A stretch of 32,000 nt of DNA from Candidatus Odinarchaeota archaeon (GTDB taxonomy: Archaea > Asgardarchaeota > Odinarchaeia > Odinarchaeales > Odinarchaeaceae): contig JAWBON010000006.1 of the NCBI GenBank assembly GCA_038826135.1, positions 340 to 32,339 on the forward strand, given 5' to 3'. The position numbers and the translations under genes were made by a program. The notes under the pieces are model-generated. The model was not told the DNA's origin and made no database searches. It saw only the letters and a list, made by a program, of their open reading frames with translations. Position 1 is the first letter of the stretch, and every line of letters begins with the position of its first letter. Below are positions 16,773 to 25,158 of the stretch, in pieces.

Positions 16773-17339
16773 GTGGCCTCGTTGTTGGACGTATTTCTAG
16801 CAGCATTAACTCTGATCCTCATTGCTGAGTTAGGTGATAAAACCATGCTATTATCAATTGTTTTTTCAGCTAGATATAGAAAGCCCTTAACAGTTTTACT
16901 TTTAGCGCTTCTAGCACTTTCAACAGTCACGCTTATAGGTATCGGAATAGGATTTTTAATAGTCGAATTAATACCTGAAGCGGTTTTAAAATATATTTCA
17001 GGCTCTCTTTTTCTTATCATCGGCTTATACTACTTACTCGCACCTTTTAAAGCGGAAACAGCATCATCCTCTAAAGCAGGTTTAGCGTCATTCTTCGGCT
17101 TGATGTTTATCTCAGAGTTCGGAGATAAAACTCAAATATCTATAATCAGTCTAACTATCTCTACTATGTCTCCTATAGGTGTATTTATTGGAGCTCTCAT
17201 AGGATTTACTGTAATTAATTCTATAGCTGTAATCTTAGGGGATCGTATAAGCAGCAGGATAAACCCTGTAATAATAAGGCGCATCTCAGCTGTCGTGTTC
17301 ATAGCTTTCAGCGTTCTAACATTTTTAGGAGTATTATAA
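16773..17339 (+). CDS. GDT1/TMEM165 (UPF0016) cation (Ca/Mn) transporter
   Basis: Two copies of the family motif, AELGDKTML and SEFGDKTQI; about 6 TM segments. Confidence 0.93.
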   Translation: MASLLDVFLAALTLILIAELGDKTMLLSIVFSARYRKPLTVLLLALLALSTVTLIGIGIGFLIVELIPEAVLKYISGSLFLIIGLYYLLAPFKAETASSSKAGLASFFGLMFISEFGDKTQISIISLTISTMSPIGVFIGALIGFTVINSIAVILGDRISSRINPVIIRRISAVVFIAFSVLTFLGVL

Positions 17340-17621
17340 TATCTTTATTTTGACAAAATTTATTCCCGACCTTATCTCTGTGTGCTTTGTAGTAGTTTAT
17401 TTACTGGAGTAAGTGGTGTTTTATTACCGTCAGTTTTAAGCTGACTCTTGTACACTCCAACTCTTGTAAAAATTGTTTTAGCTCAAGGTTATGATGTAGC
17501 TAATGCTCTAGCAGTGTCAAGAATAACTAGGTGGAAGGAAGTTTTAACATATATGTTAATAGCGTGGGCTGGCAGTGTAGTTTTCGGTATAACATACGGG
17601 GTTTTGGTCGGAAGCTTGTAG
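17340..17621 (+). pseudogene. Possible remnant of a membrane-protein gene
   Basis: The frame continues past the GDT1 stop for 94 codons with one internal TGA (17442-17444). The distal part reads ...SRITRWKEVLTYMLIAWAGSVVFGITYGVLVGSL*, like a transporter C-terminal helix. No clear start or SD. Confidence 0.3.
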
Positions 17622-17806
17622 ATTACAAATTAATACCGTGAAAATCTCATCCACATTTAATGTGTTTGTTAGAGTATATCTTTCCCATATTTAACCCGTT
17701 TTAGTAAAAACTTAATCTGATTCTGGTTAATAATCAAAATTAAATTAGATTGAAACAATAACTGGATTTTTAATATTGTTTTTTCATATATTTTTAAGTT
17801 TAAAAT

Positions 17807-18691
17807 ATGAGGATTGATTTAATGCTGATTAAGCCTTTAGCTTTTGAAAGTTTTGGTGTGCGTTCTATGTGTACGTTTGTTGAAACACGAAGTGTTCGGG
17901 TTTTGATTGATCCTGGTGTTTCGCTGGCTCCTTACAGGTTCGGGCTTACCCCTCACCCTGTTGAATTGAAGGCGTTATCTGATTCTTGGAAGATTGTACT
18001 TGAATACGCGGGGAAGGCGGATGTTATATTAATTACTCATTATCATTTTGATCATTTTAACCCTTTTGAAGACACCTATATCTATGAGGGTAAAACAGTT
18101 TTGGTTAAGCATCCTAAAAACAATATTAATTTCAGTCAGATTAAAAGATCTAAATTCTTCTTAGATAAGATACATGGATTGCCTGAAAGATTGGAGTTCG
18201 CTGATGAAAGGGAATTTAAATTCGGGGATACTTTAATAAAATTTTCTTCTCCTGTTTACCATGGGACTGGGCCTCAACTAGGATATGTGTTAGAGGTTCT
18301 TTTTGATGATGGTTATAAGATGCTTTACACTTCGGATGTGGAGGGGCCTGCTACTGGTGAACAGTTAAATTTTATTCTTGGCTGTGAACCCAATACTGTG
18401 ATATTAGACGGTCCGATGACTTATATGCTAGGTTACCGGTATAGTTTTGAATCTTTTGAAAAATCATTACAGAATATTCTTAAAATAATTGAGAATGATC
18501 GGTTAGAGAAAATTATTATCGATCATCATGCTCTGCGCGATATTGAATGGAGGGAAAGACTTCGCTCTATATTTGAATTTGCTCGAAATAAGAATGTTCT
18601 TGTTTTATCTGCGGCAGAGTTTGCTGGCTTACCTGTTAATCTTTTAGAAGCTCGTCGAAGAGAATTATATGAGCAGTTGCCGGTTACCTGA
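17807..18691 (+). CDS. Metallo-beta-lactamase-fold hydrolase, UPF0282 family
   Basis: PLAFESFGVRSMCTFVET, LIDPGVSLAP.RFGL.PHP.E, ITHYHFDH, VYHG, SDVEGP and IIDHHALRD. Confidence 0.88.
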   Translation: MRIDLMLIKPLAFESFGVRSMCTFVETRSVRVLIDPGVSLAPYRFGLTPHPVELKALSDSWKIVLEYAGKADVILITHYHFDHFNPFEDTYIYEGKTVLVKHPKNNINFSQIKRSKFFLDKIHGLPERLEFADEREFKFGDTLIKFSSPVYHGTGPQLGYVLEVLFDDGYKMLYTSDVEGPATGEQLNFILGCEPNTVILDGPMTYMLGYRYSFESFEKSLQNILKIIENDRLEKIIIDHHALRDIEWRERLRSIFEFARNKNVLVLSAAEFAGLPVNLLEARRRELYEQLPVT

Positions 18692-18746
18692 TTTCTAATT
18701 TCTTTATATCGATAAATTTAAATATGTTAATTTAATACCTCCTTGA

Positions 18747-19139
18747 GTGGTGGTTTTCATGGGTGAAAAGAAACTGTTAAAATTTATAATGTGCTCCTGT
18801 ACTGGGGAGTGTCCGGGTTTTTCGAAAATGAATTTTTGGAAATTAATTAACTATGTGAGAAATGAACTTGACGTAGAGTACGCGATACTTCACCCTCAAC
18901 TTTGTGTAACGGACGGTGAAGCATTCTTAAGAGACCTTCTACGTGAAGGTGGTGGTAACTCAATATATATTATAGGTGCTTGCGATCCGAGGATGCAGAG
19001 GAAAATGTTTAAGGATGTTTTCGCAGAGAAGGGCTTGGATGTTGATAAACTGGTTGTAAGCTTAGATTTAAGAAACATGGAAACCGAGGAGGCTATGAAG
19101 AAAGTGGCTGAAGCTGTGAATAAGCTAGTCGGTGAATGA
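18747..19139 (+). CDS. Stand-alone HdrA N-terminal-like Fe-S domain protein (likely start ATG 18759)
   Basis: MCSCTGEC...HPQLC..DG...L...IIGACDPRMQ..MF....GL...LDLRN follows the HdrA N-domain pattern VC.CG...MCS..GQ...VVAAC.P..HE..F...GLN...NIRE. No FAD domain is attached. Confidence 0.65.
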   Translation: MVVFMGEKKLLKFIMCSCTGECPGFSKMNFWKLINYVRNELDVEYAILHPQLCVTDGEAFLRDLLREGGGNSIYIIGACDPRMQRKMFKDVFAEKGLDVDKLVVSLDLRNMETEEAMKKVAEAVNKLVGE

Positions 19140-19488
19140 AATGACTGAGAAGCGGAGCAGATACTTGGAGGAGGAACGATACTACGGAGAGAAGCTTTAT
19201 GCTTCACCTAACCCTTACAACCTGCCTAGAAAAGAGATAGACTGGTATCCTAGAATCGATTATGAGAAGTGTAATCCTGCTGAATGCGACTACTTCTGTG
19301 TAGATTACTGTCACATGAAGGTTTTCAAGCGTGTCGGTGATAAGGTGGTTGTTGACGACCCGTATAACTGTAATGTTCCCAGCCAATCATGTGCTCCACG
19401 ATGCCCTACAGGTGCGATAAGTTTTCCCTCTAAAGAGGAGCTTAAACAACAGCTTAAAAATTTACGTAAAAAACACGGTTTACAGTAA
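19132..19488 (+). CDS. Ferredoxin paralogue 1, divergent dicluster type with 7 Cys (likely start ATG 19141)
   Basis: LPRKEIDWYPRIDYEKCNPAECDYFCVDYC...PYNCNVPSQSCAPRCPTGAISFP. GGTGA lies 5 nt before ATG 19141. Confidence 0.85.
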   Translation: MNEMTEKRSRYLEEERYYGEKLYASPNPYNLPRKEIDWYPRIDYEKCNPAECDYFCVDYCHMKVFKRVGDKVVVDDPYNCNVPSQSCAPRCPTGAISFPSKEELKQQLKNLRKKHGLQ

Positions 19489-19501
19489 GATGTGATGTTA
19501 A

Positions 19502-19777
19502 ATGAATGAGGACACTTTTACTGGTCTTCCTAGAAAAGAGATAAAATGGTTTCCGACAATAAACTATGATTTATGTATCAGCTGCGGTGCGTGTGCTGCT
19601 TTCTGCCCGCACGATGTTTATGAAAAACAATCTGATCGTGTAATCGTGGCCAGGCCTTTTAACTGTGTTGTAGGCTGTGAATCCTGTAAACTACAATGTC
19701 CTGTTGATGCTATCAGTTTTCCATCAAGAGCCGAGCTTAAACAAATACTTAAACAGTTAAGGGAAAAATACAAGTAG
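19502..19777 (+). CDS. 2x[4Fe-4S] ferredoxin paralogue 2
   Basis: CISCGACAAFCP and CVVGCESCKLQCP, 8 Cys; shares LPRKEI.W.P.I and AISFPS..ELKQ with the upstream paralogue. Confidence 0.92.
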   Translation: MNEDTFTGLPRKEIKWFPTINYDLCISCGACAAFCPHDVYEKQSDRVIVARPFNCVVGCESCKLQCPVDAISFPSRAELKQILKQLREKYK

Positions 19778-19807
19778 AGTGTAACGTCTTTAATTTAATT
19801 ATTTTTT

Positions 19808-20227
19808 ATGTTATCCTGGAATAGTATTTTTAAGGTGAATTATTTGACAGATAAAATAGAATGTAAAACATCAAATTATTCTAAAACCAATTTTCCTAAT
19901 AAACAGCCTTGGCGTGAACACTGTGAAATGCTTCAAAATTTAGCTGGTAAAGTATTAGATCATGAAAAAATCGATATGCAATACAAATTTTTTAAAGCAC
20001 TCGCTGATAAAACACGGATAAAAATAATAAGACTTTTAGATGTTAAACCTCTCTGTGTGTGTGAAATTATGACGGCTTTAAACCTAACGCAGCCGACCGC
20101 TTCTCATCACCTTAGAATACTTGAAAATACGAATCTTATTCGAGAGGAGCGTAGAGGTAAATGGGTTTATTATCACATTAATAATTTAGTGCTAATTAAA
20201 AAACTCAGAGAACTTGAGCTTTTATAA
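19808..20227 (+). CDS. ArsR/SmtB family transcriptional regulator (start codon uncertain)
   Basis: FKALADKTRIKII.LL...LCVCEI...LNLTQPTASHHLRILE...ERRGKWVYY; LCVCE is the alpha3 metal-binding motif. Confidence 0.93.
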   Translation: MLSWNSIFKVNYLTDKIECKTSNYSKTNFPNKQPWREHCEMLQNLAGKVLDHEKIDMQYKFFKALADKTRIKIIRLLDVKPLCVCEIMTALNLTQPTASHHLRILENTNLIREERRGKWVYYHINNLVLIKKLRELELL

Positions 20228-20428
20228 ATTTTGTTTGTAAACTGTTTATTGGCTTTTTTATTATTTGATTAATATGCGTTTATGATTGTTTTACCATTCA
20301 ACTATATTATTTCATATGTTCCAATTTCCCACTCTAATAACCTCAAAAAATTGCGACGAATTTTATGGAAAGGTATAAAAAGGGTTTTGTTTTATAGTTA
20401 GGTTAAATTATTGTTTTGGTGATGTGTT

Positions 20429-20848
20429 ATGGCGTCTAAGGAGTTGTTGGATTTATTGAATAAGTCTATTGCGCGTGAGATGCAGGTTAGTATTCAGTAT
20501 TTGTGGCAGCATGTTCAGTGGCGTGGTGTTAAGGGTTTTGCTGTGAAGGATGTTTTGAGGAGTATTAGTATTCAGGAGATGAAGCATGCTGAGGCTATTG
20601 CTGAGAGGCTTGTTTATTTGGGTGGTATTCCGACTACTAAGCCTGAGCCTATTTTTGTCGGTGCGAGTTTGAAGGAGATGCTGGAGCAGGATGCTAAGGA
20701 TGAGGAGGGTGCTATTAAGCTTTATAAGACTGTGATGAGCGTTGCTATGAAGGAGGGTGATGAGACTACCGCTCACTTGTTCAGGGATATTTTGGCTGAT
20801 GAGGAGGATCATCACGATACGTTTACTAGTTTGTTAGAGGAGCTTTAA
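20429..20848 (+). CDS. Ferritin-like di-iron protein (short bacterioferritin-like)
   Basis: 139 aa four-helix bundle with di-iron ligands E17, E50, H53, E92, E125 and H128; EMKHAE and ERL..LGG.P motifs. GGTGA SD. Confidence 0.88.
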   Translation: MASKELLDLLNKSIAREMQVSIQYLWQHVQWRGVKGFAVKDVLRSISIQEMKHAEAIAERLVYLGGIPTTKPEPIFVGASLKEMLEQDAKDEEGAIKLYKTVMSVAMKEGDETTAHLFRDILADEEDHHDTFTSLLEEL

Positions 20849-20890
20849 TTTTCTTTTTTATATTTTATTTTTCATCTCTATTTTTATTAT
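20849..20890 (+). terminator. T-rich archaeal-type terminator after the ferritin-like gene
   Basis: Consecutive T tracts (TTTTCTTTTTTATATTTTATTTTTC) immediately after the stop codon. Confidence 0.45.
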
Positions 20891-20903
20891 TGTATGTTAG
20901 TTT

Positions 20904-21329
20904 TTGTTGAGTGTTTGCGTGTTTATGGTGGTGTTTATGGAGCGGTTGATTTATGATTTTCTTAGGCGTGGTCGTAGAGTGGCTGTGGTGGGTGTTTCCC
21001 GTGATCCTGGTAAATACGGTTACCGTGTTTATTTTGATTTGAAAAGTAAGGGTTTTGAGGTTTACGCGGTTAACCCTAATATTGATAGTGTTGAGGGTGA
21101 TAGGGTTTACGCTTCTGTGTTGGATTTACCTGTTAGGGTTGATTTAGTGGTTTTTGTGGTTCCGCCGTCTGTGGGTTTAAAGGTTTTAGGGGAGTGTTTG
21201 GAGGCGAATATTAGGTGGGTTTGGTTGCAGCCTGGTGCTGAGTCGGAGGAGATATTGGAGTTTTGCAGGCGGAATAGTATTGAGGTTGTTTGGGGTGTTT
21301 GCGTGATGGTTGAGTCGCTTAGTGTTTGA
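20904..21329 (+). CDS. CoA-binding protein, YccU-like (likely start ATG 20937)
   Basis: VAVVGVSRDPGKYG..VY..L...G.EVYAVNP, Y.SV.DLP..VDLV, WLQPGAES and CVMV. GGTGGTG SD before ATG 20937. Confidence 0.92.
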   Translation: MLSVCVFMVVFMERLIYDFLRRGRRVAVVGVSRDPGKYGYRVYFDLKSKGFEVYAVNPNIDSVEGDRVYASVLDLPVRVDLVVFVVPPSVGLKVLGECLEANIRWVWLQPGAESEEILEFCRRNSIEVVWGVCVMVESLSV

Positions 21330-21344
21330 AATCCTGGTGGTTTT

Positions 21345-22670
21345 ATGGCGGATGAGGGGCGTGAAACGGGTTTAACTAGGCGTGTGTCACTGGTTGGTTT
21401 GACTTTTTACGGTGTGGGTAATATTTTAGGCGCTGGGATTTATGCTTTGATCGGGCCTGTGGTTGGTTCGGCTGGTAATATGGCTTGGCTGCCGTTTGTG
21501 GTGACAGCTTTTATCGGGTTGTTGACGGGTTTATCTTACGCTGAGCTGTCCTCTATGTATCCTAAGAGTGCAGCGTCTTTTGTTTATGTGGATAGGGCTT
21601 TTAAAATAAGGGTTTTATCTTTTATACTAGGTTGGGTGGTTGTATTTTCAGGTTTGTTTTCAGCGGCTACTGTGGCTTTAGGGTTCGGTAGTTATCTTGC
21701 AGCTTTACTCGGATTATCTGGTTTAGAGGTGGTTGTTGCTTTAGCTGCTGTTCTCATAGTGGTTATGAGTGTGGTTAACTATGTGGGGATACGGGAGTCT
21801 ACCTGGACTAATATTTTATTCACTCTTATAGAGGCGGGTGGTTTATTTCTAATTATTTTCTTGGGGATACCGTTTCTGGGTTCAGTGAATTATTTAGAGC
21901 TGCCGGTTGGTGGAAGCATATTAAATCTGGTTTCCACGGTTAATCTTGTTTTCTTCGCGTATCTTGGATTCGAAGTTGTAGCTAATCTTGCTGAGGAGGG
22001 TGTTGACGCTAAGCGAACTGTTCCGAAAGCGATTATTTACTCGATTATAATCACCACTGTGATTTACTGTCTTGTATCAGTGTCTGTTGTCAGTATTCTA
22101 CCTTATGATGTAATCGCGGCGTCACCTGCGCCGCTTAAAACTGTTGTTTTAAGTGTGCTTGGCCCTGTAGGCGGTGTTTTAATGTCTTTTATAGCTTTAT
22201 TCGCTACAGCTAACACTGTTTTAATCGTGTTGGTGACTACTTCTAGGCTGGTTTACGGTATGGCTAGGGATAAAGCTTTACCCGCACCGTTGTGTAGAGT
22301 ATCGGTTAAGAGACATACTCCGGGGGTTGCAGTTGTATTTGTGATGTTGCTGTCTCTTCTACTATTATTACTAGGTGACATCGAGATTGTTGCTAACTCA
22401 ACGGTTTTCGGGATACTTATCGTATTCATATTTGTTAATTTAAGTGTGCTAGTTCTTCGGAGGCGGAGTCCGGATGCGGATAGGCCTTTCAAAATCGGGT
22501 TCAACTTGAAATGGATGCCGGTTACCGCTATTGCAGGGGCGGTTATCTGTACACTTCTGCTCTTCTCATTCGATCCTTTGATTATTCTTTTACAATTAGT
22601 GATAATAGTTGTTGGAATAGTATTATTTATAGGGCTTGGTAAAAGTATAAGTCGGTCAAGCTGTGAGTGA
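21345..22670 (+). CDS. APC family amino acid permease
   Basis: About 12 TM segments; GVGNILGAGIY, SYAELSSMYP, FFAYLGFE..ANLAEE and SRLVYGMARD..LP. Confidence 0.95.
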   Translation: MADEGRETGLTRRVSLVGLTFYGVGNILGAGIYALIGPVVGSAGNMAWLPFVVTAFIGLLTGLSYAELSSMYPKSAASFVYVDRAFKIRVLSFILGWVVVFSGLFSAATVALGFGSYLAALLGLSGLEVVVALAAVLIVVMSVVNYVGIRESTWTNILFTLIEAGGLFLIIFLGIPFLGSVNYLELPVGGSILNLVSTVNLVFFAYLGFEVVANLAEEGVDAKRTVPKAIIYSIIITTVIYCLVSVSVVSILPYDVIAASPAPLKTVVLSVLGPVGGVLMSFIALFATANTVLIVLVTTSRLVYGMARDKALPAPLCRVSVKRHTPGVAVVFVMLLSLLLLLLGDIEIVANSTVFGILIVFIFVNLSVLVLRRRSPDADRPFKIGFNLKWMPVTAIAGAVICTLLLFSFDPLIILLQLVIIVVGIVLFIGLGKSISRSSCE

Positions 22671-22681
22671 TGGTGTAGTGT

Positions 22682-25153
22682 ATGAGACCGTTAAAATATT
22701 TGATACGTTTAGAACCGGATCTTGAAAAATTCACGTTTAAAGGATTTGTAGTCATTGATGTGAAGTGTGAGACGCGGGTTGATAGAATTATTTTAAATGT
22801 GAAGGATCTATCCATCAAAGAATGTAGTATACTATATAGATGTGAGGAGGATGATTGCGAGTATAATATTATAGAGGAGAAAGATGAACTGCATGTGAAG
22901 CTTCCTAGAATTATTAAAGGTAAAGCCGCTTTGAAAATCAGTTATGAAGGTGTTATAAACGATTTAATGATCGGGTTCTACCGGAGTAAATATACTACTA
23001 GCGACGGATTGGAGAAATATATCGCTGTCACACAGTTTGAAGAACAGGAGGCGAGGCGTGCTTTCCCCTGCTTTGATCACCCTTCTATGAAAGCCGTGTT
23101 CAATATTGAAATGATCGTGCGGAGCGGTTTAACCGCGCTCTCTAACACTGAGATTTTAGAGGTGGAAGACCTAGGCGAGGGTAGACGGCTTATCCGATTC
23201 ACCCCCACACCGTTACTGAGCACGTACCTGGTTTTTTTCGCTGTAGGCGAGTTTGAACATGTTGAAGACTCTTCCACCACGCCTACAGTGAGAGTTATAA
23301 CAACTCCTGGTAAAACAGTTTACGGCGGATATGCTTTAAAAAAGGCTAGGGCAGCTCTAAGCTTCATGGAAGAGTATACTGGATTAGATTACCCGACCGG
23401 TAAGTGTGATTACATAGCTGTTCAAGATTTCGTGTTCGGAGCTATGGAGAATTACGGGGCGATAACATTCCGGGAAAACCTGTTACTAGCTTATCCGAAT
23501 ATTACTACTAGAAGCGGTTTGGTGAGAATAGCTTCAATAATAGCGCATGAAACCGCGCACCTATGGTTCGGGGATCTGGTAACACCGTCAGATTGGAGTT
23601 ATCTATGGTTGAACGAGTCTTTCGCAACATACTTCTCATACGCTGCCTTGAATAATCAGCATCCGGAATGGGAGATCTGGGACCGATTTATTTTAGAGAA
23701 CACTGTCGACGCGTTTAAAAGAGATTCTTTAATAAACACGCATCCAATCCAGCTCCCCTCAAATCTGCCTGTTAACATTAACACGTCAACAGCGCCGATA
23801 ATATATAATAAAGGTGCGGCAGTGCTCAGAATGCTAGAATCATATTTAGGTGAAGCGGATTTCCAGAAGGCTATCAAATCTTTTCTGAGGAAATACTGTT
23901 ATAGTAATGCTTCAACAGACGATTACTGGACGTTGTTTGAACAGGTTTCAAAAACACCGGTCAGAGCGTTCGCGGAAAACTGGATTCAACAGGAAGGATA
24001 CCCGTTAATTGAAGCCATGGCGGAGAATAATAAAATCATATTTAAACAGTCAAGGTTCACATATCTACCCGGCGGGTTTGAAAGTAAATGGATTATCCCG
24101 GTTGAAATACTTTTACCTTTAAAAAAAGAGTTTAAATTACTTAAACATGTTTTAAAAAATTTTGAAGAAAGTATTGAAACCCCTTCCGGCACCCCTGTTT
24201 TTAAATTAAATAATAATTTGAAAGGATTCTACAGGGTGAAATATGATATTGAACACTTGCAAGCTTTAGCAGGTTTATCTTCTAAACACGTTCTACCAGC
24301 ATCCGACAGCTTCAATTTAGAAAACGATTTTCACGCGTTAACATTACGCGGTGATTATTCAATAGGCGAATACTTATATTTTTTAGAAAAATATTTCAGT
24401 GAAGAAGACAGGTATCTTCCAGCTGTCGACATCGCTAATAACCTGTTAGAGTTAAATCTAGTAGCACCTCAACACCGGTTAAAAATACAAAGCTACGGTT
24501 TAAAACTATGTGAAAACATTCTTGAAAAAACAGGATTACAGCCAACAGCTGGGGAAACACCACAGTTAAGCGAGTTACGTAACACTATGATTTGGACTGC
24601 AACCGTGCTAGGTTCGAAAAAAATCCGCGAGTATTGTCTAAAAATATTCGAGAAAATATTAGAAAACCAGCAGGTTCAACCAGATTTATACCCGGTTATA
24701 TTAAAAACAGGAGCCTATCTTAACCCTGCTGGCGAAAACTATATTATAAGAAAACTAGAATCTCATTTAACACCTGAAATTGAGAAAACCTATCTTTTAA
24801 ATGCTTTAGGATCACTATCAGATGAAAAATTATTAAAAGAAGCCTTAGATTACACTTTAAGAAAAATAGCGAAAAACAATATATTCCTAGTGTTAGCCTC
24901 AGCTAGCAGAAATCTTTCAGCTGTAAACTGGCTCTGGGACTGGTTTACAGAACATATACGGGAGCTGGAGAAACTGCCGTTAACACATTTAGGCCGAGTA
25001 ATAGCTAGTATTACACCTGTATGTGGAGTTGAGAAAACCAGTCGAGTGAAAGAATTCTTCAATAACTATCAATCCCCTGAGAATATTGAAGCTGACACGA
25101 TTAAAATGGCTTTAGAACAGCTTAAAGTATATGAAAACTTATCGAAACGATAA
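22682..25153 (+). CDS. M1 family Zn aminopeptidase (aminopeptidase N / tricorn-interacting factor-like)
   Basis: 823 aa; TQFE...ARRAFPCFDHP, GAMENYG, HETAHLWFG-x-WLNESFA (HEXXH-X18-E), YNKGAAVLRML and an ERAP1-like C-terminus. Confidence 0.95.
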   Translation: MRPLKYLIRLEPDLEKFTFKGFVVIDVKCETRVDRIILNVKDLSIKECSILYRCEEDDCEYNIIEEKDELHVKLPRIIKGKAALKISYEGVINDLMIGFYRSKYTTSDGLEKYIAVTQFEEQEARRAFPCFDHPSMKAVFNIEMIVRSGLTALSNTEILEVEDLGEGRRLIRFTPTPLLSTYLVFFAVGEFEHVEDSSTTPTVRVITTPGKTVYGGYALKKARAALSFMEEYTGLDYPTGKCDYIAVQDFVFGAMENYGAITFRENLLLAYPNITTRSGLVRIASIIAHETAHLWFGDLVTPSDWSYLWLNESFATYFSYAALNNQHPEWEIWDRFILENTVDAFKRDSLINTHPIQLPSNLPVNINTSTAPIIYNKGAAVLRMLESYLGEADFQKAIKSFLRKYCYSNASTDDYWTLFEQVSKTPVRAFAENWIQQEGYPLIEAMAENNKIIFKQSRFTYLPGGFESKWIIPVEILLPLKKEFKLLKHVLKNFEESIETPSGTPVFKLNNNLKGFYRVKYDIEHLQALAGLSSKHVLPASDSFNLENDFHALTLRGDYSIGEYLYFLEKYFSEEDRYLPAVDIANNLLELNLVAPQHRLKIQSYGLKLCENILEKTGLQPTAGETPQLSELRNTMIWTATVLGSKKIREYCLKIFEKILENQQVQPDLYPVILKTGAYLNPAGENYIIRKLESHLTPEIEKTYLLNALGSLSDEKLLKEALDYTLRKIAKNNIFLVLASASRNLSAVNWLWDWFTEHIRELEKLPLTHLGRVIASITPVCGVEKTSRVKEFFNNYQSPENIEADTIKMALEQLKVYENLSKR

Positions 25154-25158
25154 ATTTT

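Noticed and set aside
17442-17444. Selenocysteine recoding of the in-frame TGA
   Set aside because: The context is a hydrophobic non-redox sequence with no start codon upstream, and no SECIS-like hairpin was evident.
18705-18726. ArsR operator TATATCGATAAATTTAAATATG
   Set aside because: Only about 12 of 22 positions are palindromic in a very AT-rich context, which is not distinguishable from chance.
18737-18750. ACCTCCT (perfect SD on the minus strand, or anti-SD hairpin over GAGTGG) upstream of the HdrA-N-like gene
   Set aside because: No minus-strand start codon follows at a usable spacing, and the possible hairpin is only 3-5 bp with bulges, too weak to call a translational switch.
18747-19139. 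Annotating a heterodisulfide reductase complex
   Set aside because: Only the small N-terminal-like domain is present; there is no FAD-binding domain, HdrB, HdrC or MvhD in the window.
20228-20428. Canonical archaeal replication origin
   Set aside because: GTTCCAATTTCCC only partly resembles an ORB, there is no repeated ORB with a G-string and no cdc6/orc1 nearby. Only the skew observation is kept.
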